Positions 49,460 to 59,900 of a DNA stretch of 64,000 nt are shown in pieces. Below the pieces are notes generated by a model. That model made no database searches and was not told the DNA's origin. It saw only the letters and a list, made by a program, of their open reading frames with translations. The stretch lies in the NCBI GenBank assembly GCA_963803805.1, contig CAWDOD010000008.1, positions 32,001-96,000 on the forward strand, written 5' to 3'. Numbering within the stretch: the first letter of the stretch is position 1; each line of letters opens with the position of its first letter. A program made the translations under genes and the position numbers. This stretch comes from an uncultured cyanobacterium (GTDB lineage: Bacteria; Cyanobacteriota; Cyanobacteriia; Cyanobacteriales; CAWCAG01).

Positions 49460-51376
49460 CTAAAAAGAATTCAACTCAACAATATCCAACATTGTAAACT
49501 GCCTTTCTTGCTCTAATTTCCTAATTTTTTGTTCTGCTAAGCGAAACTCTTGAAAATAATATTGAGAAGTTTTTGGAGAAGTGGCAATATTTTTTTGCCA
49601 CTGTTCTAAACTATAACGTTTATGTTTTTCGTAAGTTACTTGTTCTAGGGAAGTAATCGCCACTTTAATCAGCAAAGGAGCGCGACTAATATCTTTACTT
49701 TGAGTTTCACTTAGGTTGAATAAATGGCTAACTTGAGCTATTTGTTCAGAGTACTCAACTGCCAAATCTCGCAACTGAGAAATCAACTGCTCTTGGTTAT
49801 ATATTTCGATAATTTTTTGCCACAAAAAACGGTGGTGAGAAAAACCAAATAATAGTTCTTTTTCCTCCATCATTAGCCTTATTTCATGACGATATTCAGG
49901 GACATGGAGATAAAGGCGTAATAAAAGAGATTCAGCTTGTTTTAGCAGTTCTGATTCAGGATTCTCTGGCAAATAAACAGGAATAACTGTTTCAGTTTGA
50001 ATTGCTGCTGAGGATTTCCGAGGTTTCTTTAACTTATTAAGAAAGTTTTTGGTATAAAAAGAACTTTGTTGAGAGTCTCCAGGAGCGAGAATTTGCCCAC
50101 ATTTAATAACATAATGAGTCTGTTTATTAGCATCTTCAATGCGACCTAATAATTTGAGCATTTCTTGGGCAACTTGCTCAAATTGATTTGCTTGCTTGAG
50201 GTCTTTTCCTACTACAATTTGCTCAAGCTGCCAATCAATCCATAAAGGTGCGTTAACCAAAGCATCTTGATAAATTTGAGTGGCTTGGGGGCTAGATTTA
50301 AGAAACTCATCGGCATCTTTCCCATCAGGAAGATTAAGTACTTTTAATTGTACTTGCCCCGAATAAATTAAAGGTTCAATCTCTTTAATCGCCCGTTGTG
50401 TTGCCGTATTCCCTGCTTCATCAGCATCAAAATTAAAAATAACCTGCTTCGATTCTGTATAACGTAAAAGACTCTTAATTTGCTCTGGGCTTAAAGCCGT
50501 ACCCATAGAAGCAACAGCATTATTTATACCAACAGCGTGGAGAGCGATCGCATCAAAATACCCCTCTACCACGATAGCTTTGTCTTCTTTGGCAATAGCT
50601 TGCCGCGCCTTATCCAGAGCAAAAAGAGTCTTACCTTTATCAAAAAGTGGTGTTTCTGGGGAATTAAGATACTTCGGTTGTTCATCGGTTAAGGTTCTAC
50701 TACCAAAACCAATAATTCTACCTTGGGTATCATTAATGGGAATTATCAAGCGATCCCGAAAACGATCATAATAACCACTCCCCTTTTGACGCTGCTGAAT
50801 TAAGCCTGCTTGCTGCAACAACTCCACAGAATAGCGTTTCACCTCCACCAAATAACGGTAAAGGGTTTCCCAGCCCGGTGGGGCATAACCAAGCTGAAAC
50901 TGTTGAATCGTCTCTTCATCTAACTGACGTTCAGATTTGAGATAATTAAGAGCTACTTCTCCTTGAGATTGCCGTAAAGCGTGTTGATAAAAATTTGCTG
51001 CTAAAGCCAAAATCTCATAAAGTTGTTCCCGTAAAGAAAGTTGGCGTTGTAACTCCTGCCTTTGTTCTGGTTCGAGGGTTTTTACCGGAACTTGATAGCG
51101 CCGTGCCAAATTTAGCACAACCTCAGAAAAAGACTGCTGACCAATTTCCATTAAGAAATTAACTGCATTTCCCCCTTTACCACAACCGAAGCAATAATAT
51201 AGCTGCTTACCGGGGCTAACACTAAAACTAGGGCTTTTCTCCTCATGAAAAGGGCAAAGTCCTTGAAAATCTTTACCTCGTTTCCGCAGAACAACGTGTT
51301 CTGAAACAACCTCAACGAGATCAGATCTTTGCTTAACTTCCTCAACAGTATCTGGATGGAGGCGAGGAACTTCCAT
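49460..51376 (-). CDS. dnaG: DNA primase
   Basis: CPFHEEKSPSF zinc finger, KYLNSPET, VEGYFD, FDAD TOPRIM, KDAD. Confidence 0.98.
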   Translation of the reverse strand: MEVPRLHPDTVEEVKQRSDLVEVVSEHVVLRKRGKDFQGLCPFHEEKSPSFSVSPGKQLYYCFGCGKGGNAVNFLMEIGQQSFSEVVLNLARRYQVPVKTLEPEQRQELQRQLSLREQLYEILALAANFYQHALRQSQGEVALNYLKSERQLDEETIQQFQLGYAPPGWETLYRYLVEVKRYSVELLQQAGLIQQRQKGSGYYDRFRDRLIIPINDTQGRIIGFGSRTLTDEQPKYLNSPETPLFDKGKTLFALDKARQAIAKEDKAIVVEGYFDAIALHAVGINNAVASMGTALSPEQIKSLLRYTESKQVIFNFDADEAGNTATQRAIKEIEPLIYSGQVQLKVLNLPDGKDADEFLKSSPQATQIYQDALVNAPLWIDWQLEQIVVGKDLKQANQFEQVAQEMLKLLGRIEDANKQTHYVIKCGQILAPGDSQQSSFYTKNFLNKLKKPRKSSAAIQTETVIPVYLPENPESELLKQAESLLLRLYLHVPEYRHEIRLMMEEKELLFGFSHHRFLWQKIIEIYNQEQLISQLRDLAVEYSEQIAQVSHLFNLSETQSKDISRAPLLIKVAITSLEQVTYEKHKRYSLEQWQKNIATSPKTSQYYFQEFRLAEQKIRKLEQERQFTMLDIVELNSF

Positions 51377-51480
51377 AACGAAAATATACCAACCAATAAC
51401 TTAACTATGTATTATGGCATTGTTGAGCTTAGTCCTCTATTTGATAATTTTCGTGAATTGACATTGGATATTTAAAGCAT

Positions 51481-52824
51481 ATGGGTAGAATTTTCATCTC
51501 TGCTGGTCATGGTGGACAAGAAGGGGGAGTACTAGATCCAGGTTCTATTGCTGGAGGAACAACAGAAGCACAACAGATGATTTTGTTGCGAGATCAGGTG
51601 GTTAGGGAACTGCGATCGCGGGGTTTAGAAGTACTATCTGTTCCTGATGATCTTAGCTTCCAAGGGACAATTCAATGGATTAATGCTCGCGCTCGACTAG
51701 GAGATGTAGCCCTAGAAATTCATGCCGATGCCTATGAAAATCCTAATGTACGAGGAGCGATCGTTTTTTATATTGCCAATAATACCGAACGAAAACAAAA
51801 CGCTGAGTTGATTCTCCTTTCCTTCCTCCGGCGTATTCCCCAAATGCCCAGTCAAGGGGCTAAACCGGATACAGCTACCGGAGTAGGTAAACTAGCTTTT
51901 TGTCGGCAAATAATTGTTCCTTCTCTATTAATGGAAGTTGGTTTTATCACCAACCCAGACGATCGGGCTTTAATCATCAACCGTCGTCAGGAAATGGCTT
52001 TAGGTTTGGCAGATGGTCTAGAAGCCTGGAGTGGTGGTTTGACTACTCCAGTTAATGAACCAACTTATCCGATTATTAACATCAAAATCAACGATAGAAA
52101 CTACGAAGAAGAAGGCATTCTAGTTAATAACAACTCCTACATACCCGTTGATTTAGCTGATCGTTTAGGAGTAGACCTTACCGAAGATCCGGCTATTCGC
52201 CTCATTCAATATCGGGGGGTTGTCTACGTTAAAGCCATTGAACTACGGGATTACAATATTTCTGTGGGTTGGGAAAACTCTACCCGCACAGTTGTTTTAC
52301 GTTCTATTCTCAAGATTTGCCCTGGAGATTTTGAGCGGATCATGAGCCATGGCAACACCTCAGAGGTGCAACTCATTATGTTCCTCAAAGCTAATAATGA
52401 AGGGGCATTGAGCCAATTCCCTGAGTTACCAAAACTTTACCGGGAAGAAGCAGCTATTGAAGGGGTAAACTACGACATCGCTTTTTGCCAAATGTGTTTA
52501 GCCACTAACTTCCTTCGTTTTGGTGGTGAAATCAAGCCTAGTCAGAATAACTTCGCTGACTTAGGTTCTGTTAGTGGTGGACCCCAAGGAGCAACCTTCC
52601 CCAGTGCTAAAATTGGAGTTAGGGCCCAGGTTCAGCATCTCAAAGCCTATGCTAGTACAGAGCCTTTAGTACAAGAAGTTGTTGATCCCCGTTTTCGCTT
52701 TGTCAAGCGAGGTATTGCTCCTTTAGTACAGCAACTAGGAGGGCGTTGGACAGCAGATTTAGATTACGGTGAGAAAGTTTTAGCTATTGTTAGGCGCTTG
52801 TACGAGTCAGCAGGGTTGTTTTGA
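51481..52824 (+). CDS. tftA: Amidase_3 plus glucosaminidase-like cell-wall hydrolase (TftA-like)
   Basis: IFISAGHGG, EIHAD, LMEVGFITN; C-terminal QNNF, GVRAQVQHLKAYA, GRW..D..YG. Confidence 0.8.
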   Translation: MGRIFISAGHGGQEGGVLDPGSIAGGTTEAQQMILLRDQVVRELRSRGLEVLSVPDDLSFQGTIQWINARARLGDVALEIHADAYENPNVRGAIVFYIANNTERKQNAELILLSFLRRIPQMPSQGAKPDTATGVGKLAFCRQIIVPSLLMEVGFITNPDDRALIINRRQEMALGLADGLEAWSGGLTTPVNEPTYPIINIKINDRNYEEEGILVNNNSYIPVDLADRLGVDLTEDPAIRLIQYRGVVYVKAIELRDYNISVGWENSTRTVVLRSILKICPGDFERIMSHGNTSEVQLIMFLKANNEGALSQFPELPKLYREEAAIEGVNYDIAFCQMCLATNFLRFGGEIKPSQNNFADLGSVSGGPQGATFPSAKIGVRAQVQHLKAYASTEPLVQEVVDPRFRFVKRGIAPLVQQLGGRWTADLDYGEKVLAIVRRLYESAGLF

Positions 52825-53086
52825 GTAAGAATATAAGGGTGTAAGGGATGAGGAGAAAATTCTTCACTTTACTTGTTAAGAAACACAAGCTGAAACCCTG
52901 CTATTAATGATGTAATCAGTTTCTTGATGACTTGCTAAAACTTGCTGTCGTAAGAACCGAACTAAATTAGTTAAATACCTTTGCTAACTTAGAAACAGAA
53001 GGCTCTAGGCCCTCAACTTCTTAACCAAAGATCCTCATCTAAAAAACTGATCAATTGATAACTGATAACTGAATTAGGAGACTTCT

Positions 53087-54100
53087 GTGGCGGCAACGGA
53101 TTTTAAAGATTACTATAGCATTCTCGGAGTAAGCAAAACTGCTAGTCCTGAAGAGATTAAAAAAACTTTTCGCAAACTAGCTGTTAAATACCATCCTGAT
53201 CGTAATCCTGATAATAAAGAAGCAGAAGAACGCTTCAAAGAAATTAGTGAAGCTTACGAAGTTTTATCCGACACAGAAAAGCGTCAAAAGTACGATCAGT
53301 TTGGTCAATATTGGAAGCAAGCTTCTCAACCTAGTGGTTCTCCTTTTGGTGGAGGGGCTAGCGCTGCTGATTATAGTAATTTCGATTTTGGTCAGTATGG
53401 CAGCTTTGAAGAATTTATTAATGAATTATTAGGTCGCTTCTCCACTGGGGCGACAGGTAGTCCGGGAGGCTATAACTATACAACCTCTACGGGTAGGCCT
53501 GGTGGCTACAACACTACTGTTAATGACTTTGGGCAAGGGTTTGCTGGTCAGCAAGCACCCACTCCCCAAGAATCTGTTGCTACCCTCCGCCTGACCTTTT
53601 CCGAAGCCTTTCGTGGGGTACAGAAGCGCCTTCAAATTGGTAGTGAAATCGTCAATGTTCGCATTCCCCCCGGTGCTAAACCTGATATGCGTATTCGTTT
53701 GCGGGGTAAAGGCAGGGTAGATCCTTATAGTAAAATTCGAGGGGACTTATTCTTGAACGTAGAACTAGAACCCCATACTTTCTTTCAATTTAAAGATGAT
53801 AAATTGCTTTGTGAAGTGCCTGTTGCCCCTGATGAAGCTGTGTTAGGGGCCTCCATTGAAGTACCAACCCCTGATGGCTCTGTCACCATGAAAATTCCTG
53901 CGGGTATCCGCCCTGGGCAATCCCTACGTTTGCGGGGTAAAGGTTGGCCTAATCCCAAAGGAGTTCGGGGAGATCAACTAGTAAAGATTAAAATTGCTAT
54001 TCCCAAAAAAATTAGCACCACTGAACAAGAATATTACGAAAAAATTCGTGCTAGCCGTAGCTATGATCCCCGTAGCAAACTGAAAAATATCAGTCTTTAA
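53087..54100 (+). CDS. DnaJ class B (CbpA-like) co-chaperone
   Basis: J-domain with HPD, G/F-rich region, C-terminal domain, no zinc finger. Confidence 0.93.
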   Translation: MAATDFKDYYSILGVSKTASPEEIKKTFRKLAVKYHPDRNPDNKEAEERFKEISEAYEVLSDTEKRQKYDQFGQYWKQASQPSGSPFGGGASAADYSNFDFGQYGSFEEFINELLGRFSTGATGSPGGYNYTTSTGRPGGYNTTVNDFGQGFAGQQAPTPQESVATLRLTFSEAFRGVQKRLQIGSEIVNVRIPPGAKPDMRIRLRGKGRVDPYSKIRGDLFLNVELEPHTFFQFKDDKLLCEVPVAPDEAVLGASIEVPTPDGSVTMKIPAGIRPGQSLRLRGKGWPNPKGVRGDQLVKIKIAIPKKISTTEQEYYEKIRASRSYDPRSKLKNISL

Positions 54101-54160
54101 TAATCAAAGCAAAACCCTAGACTCAACCATAAACCAAGGCAAACTGATAAGATAATTTCT

Positions 54161-54370
54161 GTGTCTTGGATTACTATCAGAACAACTAACACCCGCTGGG
54201 AAGCTGAGTTAATGCAACAATTACTCGCAGCTTATGATATCCCCAGTCGGGTTCTTGATATTGGTGTCGGCTCCTATTTTGGCCAAGGAAGTCCGGCGGT
54301 TTTGCAAGTACGTTCTCATGATCAATGGACAGCTTTGCTGTTGTTGAGTCCTGTCGAAGAAGAAGAGTAA
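54161..54370 (+). CDS. DUF2007-like small protein
   Basis: WEAELMQQLL.A.DIP...LQVR..D...A pattern. Confidence 0.75.
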   Translation: MSWITIRTTNTRWEAELMQQLLAAYDIPSRVLDIGVGSYFGQGSPAVLQVRSHDQWTALLLLSPVEEEE

Positions 54371-54411
54371 TCCTTTTATTTAATAATCTTTTTTAGGAAT
54401 TAACTTTACTT

Positions 54412-55359
54412 ATGTCTCTATTTGACTGGTTTGCTAACCGCAGAAAATCAGAACCCCATACTCAAACAAGACAAGAACGAGAAATAGCTGACGGGCTGTG
54501 GACAAAATGCCCTGCTTGCGGAGTCTTAGCTTATACTAAAGACTTGCGAGGCAATCAAATGGTTTGCTCAGAATGTGAACATCATTTGAGCGTTAACAGT
54601 GACGAACGCATAGCTCAGTTAATTGATGCTGATACTTGGCAACCTTTAGGGGAAGGACTTAGACCAACAGATCCTCTTAAATTCCGCGATCGCAAGGCAT
54701 ATCAAGATCGTTTGCGGGATTATCAAGAAAAAACAGGTTTGTCTGATGCGGTACAAACAGGAATTGGCGAGATTGATGGTTTGCCTTTGGCCCTAGGAGT
54801 GATGGATTTCACCTTTATGGGGGGTAGCATGGGTTCTGTAGTGGGGGAAAAACTCTGTCGCCTCATTGAACGTGCTACCAAAGAAAGGATACCCGTTATT
54901 ATTCTTTGTGCTTCTGGGGGTGCAAGGATGCAAGAAGGGGTATTAAGTTTGATGCAAATGGCGAAGATTTCCGGCGCTTTACAACACCACCGCGAAGCTA
55001 AATTACTCTATATACCAGTTCTTACCCATCCTACCACCGGAGGCGTGACAGCTAGTTTTGCCATGCTTGGGGATTTGATTTTGGCTGAACCAAAAGCAAC
55101 TATTGGATTTGCAGGCAGGCGGGTAATTGAACAAACTCTCAGGGAAAAGTTACCTGACGATTTCCAAACTTCAGAATATCTTTTACAACATGGTTTTGTT
55201 GATGCGATAGTTTCTCGCACTCAATTAAAGAAAACTTTGGCTAAGTTAATTTGCCTTCACCAACCTATAACTACCATCCCAGAAGTCAACAATTCCCATC
55301 ACGTTTTGAATAACCATAGTAACAATAAGGAACTAGGTTCATCAGAAGTGATATTTTAA
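54412..55359 (+). CDS. accD: Acetyl-CoA carboxylase carboxyltransferase beta subunit
   Basis: GLWTKCPAC zinc ribbon, [33 protein letters not shown]. Confidence 0.98.
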   Translation: MSLFDWFANRRKSEPHTQTRQEREIADGLWTKCPACGVLAYTKDLRGNQMVCSECEHHLSVNSDERIAQLIDADTWQPLGEGLRPTDPLKFRDRKAYQDRLRDYQEKTGLSDAVQTGIGEIDGLPLALGVMDFTFMGGSMGSVVGEKLCRLIERATKERIPVIILCASGGARMQEGVLSLMQMAKISGALQHHREAKLLYIPVLTHPTTGGVTASFAMLGDLILAEPKATIGFAGRRVIEQTLREKLPDDFQTSEYLLQHGFVDAIVSRTQLKKTLAKLICLHQPITTIPEVNNSHHVLNNHSNNKELGSSEVIF

Positions 55360-55396
55360 CTATTAGCCATTAGCCATAATTCTAATCATCAAAACC

Positions 55397-55957
55397 ATGT
55401 CTAAATCTTTAAAATCCTTATTAGCCATAATTCTAATTATCTTAAGCCTAAGTTTATCTAGTTGTAACAGCGCTGTTAGCGGTTTAAAAAGCTATGTAGA
55501 TGCTACCCAAGGATATGAGTTTCTATATCCCAATGGTTGGATTTATGTTGATATTGGAGGGGTAAGAAAGGGCGTTAAAGTTGTCTTTCAAGACTTGATT
55601 GAAAAGACAGAAAATTTAAGTGTGGTAGCAAGTGAAGTTTCCCAAGATAAAACCCTTAAGGATTTGGGTACGCCCACAGAAGTTGGTTATAGTTTGCTTA
55701 AAAGTGCGATCGCTCCTGATGGTTCAAAACGTCAGGCAGATTTGGTAGGTGCGGAGATTAAAGATGCTCCAACCCAAACCTATTACACCTTAGAATATGA
55801 GGTTAAGTTGCCTGATGGTAGAGAAAGACATAATCTTGCTAGCGTGGCTATTAGTCGTGGTCAATTATTTACTTTTAATGTTTCTGTTCCCGAAACACAT
55901 TGGGGCAAGTTAGAAAAACGATTAGAAGCAGTGGTTGATTCTTTTACAGTTTATTAA
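55397..55957 (+). CDS. psbP: Photosystem II lipoprotein PsbP (CyanoP)
   Basis: Lipobox LSSC; GYEFLYPNGW, ENLSV, LGTPTEVG, YYTLEY, SF.VY. Confidence 0.9.
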   Translation: MSKSLKSLLAIILIILSLSLSSCNSAVSGLKSYVDATQGYEFLYPNGWIYVDIGGVRKGVKVVFQDLIEKTENLSVVASEVSQDKTLKDLGTPTEVGYSLLKSAIAPDGSKRQADLVGAEIKDAPTQTYYTLEYEVKLPDGRERHNLASVAISRGQLFTFNVSVPETHWGKLEKRLEAVVDSFTVY

Positions 55958-55977
55958 GGCATTAAAATAGGCATTAT

Positions 55978-56820
55978 TCAAAGTAATCCTAAATCTTGTA
56001 AACACAGTCTGGTAACTTTCAATCTTACTGCGGGATCTGTTTGGGAATCTATATCTAGATTAGTAGCAAAAAAATAAACATTATCGTTTTGTTCTAAGTA
56101 ACCTACATACCAACCTATTCTTTGGGTTAATCCCGTTTTGCCCCGAAGTAGGTAATCAGGTGTTTGTTCAGCGATCGCAATTTCTTTAACTAGATCAATG
56201 GTTCGTTGGCTAAAAGGTAAATCATTTTGGTATAAGCGGCGAAGGAAGTCAATTTGTTGGTGAGGGGTAATTCTTAATTGCCCTGAAAGCCAAAACTTAT
56301 CTATATCTTCTGGGCTACCGATATTTTGATTGCCATATTGAATTTGCTTAACAAAATCCTGCATTTTTTCGTAACCAATTCTACGAGCCAATACTTGATA
56401 AAACCAAACGGCGGAATACTTGAAAGCTAGACGAATGTTTAAATCTTGGTTCCATTGCTTAATAGGAGAATCTGCGAAACCTCTTTCAATGCCATCCCAA
56501 GTAAGAACCTCAACATCGTTTTTGATTACGCCAGTTTCTAAGGCAATTAATGAGTTAGGAATTTTATAGGTAGATGCGGGGAGGAAGGCGGTATTATTGC
56601 GAGGGGGATTATGTTGATAAAAGCTATCTCCCTTCAGGTCGTAAATGATAATAGAGCCATTAATGCCTAAAGTATCAAAATGCTGTTTGAAACTAACTGT
56701 TTGCTCTATTTTTAGTGGAGTTTGTGAATAAACTTTATGTTCTAGAAGAAACCAATTACCAATTATACCCAAAAGCAACAATAATAAAAGACTGAGCCGT
56801 TTTTTCATGAATTGTTTCAC
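55978..56820 (-). CDS. Class D (OXA-like) beta-lactamase family protein
   Basis: PASTYK (SxxK), YSAVW (SxV), YGN, FWL, KTG motifs; signal peptide. Confidence 0.9.
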   Translation of the reverse strand: MKQFMKKRLSLLLLLLLGIIGNWFLLEHKVYSQTPLKIEQTVSFKQHFDTLGINGSIIIYDLKGDSFYQHNPPRNNTAFLPASTYKIPNSLIALETGVIKNDVEVLTWDGIERGFADSPIKQWNQDLNIRLAFKYSAVWFYQVLARRIGYEKMQDFVKQIQYGNQNIGSPEDIDKFWLSGQLRITPHQQIDFLRRLYQNDLPFSQRTIDLVKEIAIAEQTPDYLLRGKTGLTQRIGWYVGYLEQNDNVYFFATNLDIDSQTDPAVRLKVTRLCLQDLGLL

Positions 56821-56894
56821 TTGTTCAAAGTGATTAAGGTTGATTGATAGAATTATTGTTTAAGTTAACTAATTAACTTAAACAATAATATAAA

Positions 56895-57893
56895 TTATTT
56901 ATCTGTTGAGGGAACAGATTTAGCGGGTGGTGATTTTTCTGCTAACTTGTCTACTAAATTGGGAATTCCTATTCCTGCTAAAAGTGTACCAATTGCTCCT
57001 ACTGCTGCCCACAAAAGCGCCCAATTAATATTAAGTTTAGGCTTGCTAATTTTGATTAAATGAGTTTTTTCTTCTGGCATAATTGCTTTCAAACTCAATT
57101 CAGCTAACCATTCTGCTACGGATTGGGGACGATCTGAAGAGTCAACTTTTAAGGCTTTAAGGATAGCTTTGTTAAGGCGATCGCTAATTTGAGAGTTAAT
57201 TTCTTTCGGTGCAACCAACTTATCTAAGGCACAAGCCCTCTTGAAAGCATCAGCAGGAGTTTCTTTTGTAAGCAAGACATAAAGAGTTGCCCCTAAAGCA
57301 TAGATATCAGTATAAGGACCTCGTTGGGCAGTTTCTGAATATAATTCTGGGGCAGCGAAACCGGAGACAATTTCTTCTGTACGTTTTTTAGTTAATTCGC
57401 GGTCAAAATCCAAAGCTAAACCAAAATCAATCAATACAGCTTCTTCAGTGTTGCGTCTAATTAAAATATTACCCGGTCTAACATCGCGATGTAGCAAGCC
57501 ATTGTCATGAACTTCAATTAACGCGCTACCAATTTGTTGAATGTATTGTAAAGCCTCTGCTTCCGGTAGAATTTGTGGCGATCGCTTTGCTAAATCCTCC
57601 CCTTCAATATATTCTGTCACCATGCACCACAAACCCTGATCCTTAAATAATTCCCGCGCTTCGACAATATGGGGATGTTGGCATTTTGCTAACTTGAAGG
57701 CTTCTTGAATAAATACTTGTTGCAAGCGTTCAAATTCATTTCCTTGTAAGGCTTGATCGTTGAGGGTTTTAATAACGAAAGGCTTATCTTTTTTATCCCT
57801 GACTAAATAAGTAATACCAAAACGCCCTTGCCCTATTTCTCTTTGGATTGTATACCTACCATTGTGAAGTTTCGTTCCTGGTTGCCAAGCCAT
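56895..57893 (-). CDS. Ser/Thr protein kinase with C-terminal TM helix
   Basis: GQGRFGITY, HRDVRPGN, DFG, GFAAPE, DIYALG. Confidence 0.93.
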   Translation of the reverse strand: MAWQPGTKLHNGRYTIQREIGQGRFGITYLVRDKKDKPFVIKTLNDQALQGNEFERLQQVFIQEAFKLAKCQHPHIVEARELFKDQGLWCMVTEYIEGEDLAKRSPQILPEAEALQYIQQIGSALIEVHDNGLLHRDVRPGNILIRRNTEEAVLIDFGLALDFDRELTKKRTEEIVSGFAAPELYSETAQRGPYTDIYALGATLYVLLTKETPADAFKRACALDKLVAPKEINSQISDRLNKAILKALKVDSSDRPQSVAEWLAELSLKAIMPEEKTHLIKISKPKLNINWALLWAAVGAIGTLLAGIGIPNLVDKLAEKSPPAKSVPSTDK

Positions 57894-57962
57894 ATCTTTT
57901 TGAATAGTTGCATAGCTAATCCCTTTAATAGTATACGACCCAGAGAAACAGGAGATTGCCCA

Positions 57963-58301
57963 ATGGATAAATTGAGTTTATATCGCCAATTAATTCAAGA
58001 GTCCCTAAAACAAAGGGCAGATTTGCGATCACCAGATGATCCAGTCAGGAGTCAAACCATTTTTGATCGTGAAGATGACCACTACCAACTTATACATTTA
58101 GGTTGGAAAGATAGTAATACTCGCATCTATGGTTGTATCATACACGTTGATATTATTGATGAGAAAATTTGGATTCAACATGACGGTACTGAATATGGAA
58201 TCGCAGATCAGTTAGTAGAAAAAGGTGTACCGAAGCAAGATATTGTTTTGGCTTATCGTCCAGCTTATATAAGGCAGTATACAGATTTTGCGGTGGGATA
58301 A
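57963..58301 (+). CDS. xisI: XisI family protein
   Basis: MDKL..YRQLI, DHYQL...GW, KIWIQHDGTE.GIA..L...GVPKQDIVLA; AGGAG RBS before ATG 57963. Confidence 0.92.
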   Translation: MDKLSLYRQLIQESLKQRADLRSPDDPVRSQTIFDREDDHYQLIHLGWKDSNTRIYGCIIHVDIIDEKIWIQHDGTEYGIADQLVEKGVPKQDIVLAYRPAYIRQYTDFAVG

Positions 58302-58376
58302 GAGAATTTTTATCGCCTTTATTTCAGACAATTTATAATCTATTGCAGAGTAGTAAATAGGGAATGAAGGAACGCA

Positions 58377-58685
58377 ATGAAATACAGAAAGTTGAAAAGA
58401 TTACGGGAAAGAAAGCTTTGCTCGTTTATATCTCCGGAAGAAATTGCTAAGCGCAAGGAAAAAGCTGAAGCTATGGCTAAACTTGGGCGAGAGATTTTTT
58501 GGCGAGTTTATCCGGATTTGGTGAATAAATATCCTGGTTGGGCAATTTTGATTGAACCAGAAAGTGGTGATTATTTCCTCGATCCTGATCCAGAAGTAGC
58601 TTTCCGAAAAGCACGTAAAAATTATCCTTATGCTGATATTTTGGAGAAATGTCCTAACAAAACAGGTTGTGCTGGCAGGATATGA
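58377..58685 (+). CDS. Hypothetical protein (DUF5678-like, typically upstream of a clan AA aspartyl protease)
   Basis: YPGWAILIEPESGDYFLD...TGCAGRI; stop overlaps next ATG (ATGA). Confidence 0.7.
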   Translation: MKYRKLKRLRERKLCSFISPEEIAKRKEKAEAMAKLGREIFWRVYPDLVNKYPGWAILIEPESGDYFLDPDPEVAFRKARKNYPYADILEKCPNKTGCAGRI

Positions 58686-58732
58686 TTCAGGGCTATTTTA
58701 CAAGTTTTATATCCCATACCGCTATGGATTAA
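58682..58732 (+). pseudogene. Truncated start (MIQGYF) of a probable aspartyl-protease gene
   Basis: ATG overlaps the upstream stop; frame runs into the palindromic element and stops after 16 codons. Confidence 0.5.
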
Positions 58733-58970
58733 AATCCACAGCTAACAGCTAAAGTCATCTCAAAGATGACTCAGAGTTTTTTAGTTTCTAGTAAGAGAGT
58801 GCTTTGAGATTTCAAGATTATGGCTCAACAAAAATGAGAGGAAATTTACGGCTATAAAGCTAAAAGTCTCTCTAACTCCCTACATAACTTAAACAAAAAT
58901 GAAACAATTCCCAGTCATCTTAAGATGACTTCTGCTATTAGCCCGGAATTTATTCCTGGGCGAGATGGGA
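58712..58970. mobile_element. 259-bp element bounded by inverted ~59-bp double-hairpin arms
   Basis: Left TCCCAT..GGATTAAAATCC..GCTAACAGC..AGTCATCTCAAAGATGACT mirrors right AGTCATCTTAAGATGACT..GCTATTAGC..GGAATTTATTCC..ATGGGA. Confidence 0.72.
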
Positions 58971-59087
58971 GGAATAATTTTTCTAGTTTTAATTTGTAAG
59001 GAAGAATGTAGGGTAAAGGTTGTTGACTAATGGTTAAGAACAAACAGCTTAATTTCATCGATTTGTAGCATATTCTTTTTATTCCAT

Positions 59088-59900
59088 CTAACTATTAAAA
59101 ATTGCTTTGTAAGCAAATCCCAACAGTCCTCCTAAGCCTAATCCTAGTAAAGAGGTGCTTGCTAAGATTAGGAAAGTATGAAATCTGCTGAAATATTGAA
59201 TTAATTCTTCACTAGCCAGAGTCTCAGCACCAGCAGCCATAGCCACAGTCATAGCCATAACCATAGCAGCCACAGTCTCATCCTCAGCCACAATCAAAAC
59301 CATAGTCATAGCCACACTCACAGCAGCCACACTCACAGCAGCCACAGTCATAGCAGCCACAGCCACAGCCACAGCCATAACCACAGCTAACATCCATACT
59401 ACATATGAAACAGAAGATAACGAGAAGATAATCCCTGCAAAAACATAAACAGCCAATAAGAATTTTAACCCAACCAAAAGAATAACTTTCTTATTCCTTG
59501 GCTTTTGTACTTCTAACAAATTTAACCACTTCTCAACAAATTGAGGACGATTTTCTGCCTCTAATTCCATCCCCTTAAAAATTGCCTTATTCAAATCTCT
59601 ACTAACTTCTAAAACCAACTTTCTCGGCGCAATTAAATTAGCATTATCTATCTTGCGGGCAAAAGAACTAGTAGGACGTTGACCCGTTACCAAAAAATAA
59701 AGAGTTGCAGCCAAACAATAAACATCGGCATTCTTTTCCCTACTACCCTTCATCATTTGTTCATTCGGAGTTTTCAACGCCACTAATTCCTGGTGGAAAG
59801 TATCCAAAGCCTTATAAGTAATACCGAAACCACCTTGCCCTAAAACTTCCTGGATTACATACCGACCCTTCTTTACTTTGTATCCTTCTGCCCAAACCAT
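59088..59900 (-). pseudogene. Ser/Thr kinase with in-frame deletion of the catalytic core and a repeat-encoded hydrophobic C-terminus
   Basis: GQGGFGITY and ALK joined directly to DVYCLAATLY; no HRD, DFG or APE. Confidence 0.8.

Noticed and set aside
57828..57962. N-terminal extension of the XisI ORF in the ORF track
   Set aside because: Overlaps the divergent kinase; ATG at 57963 has an RBS and the canonical MDKL start.
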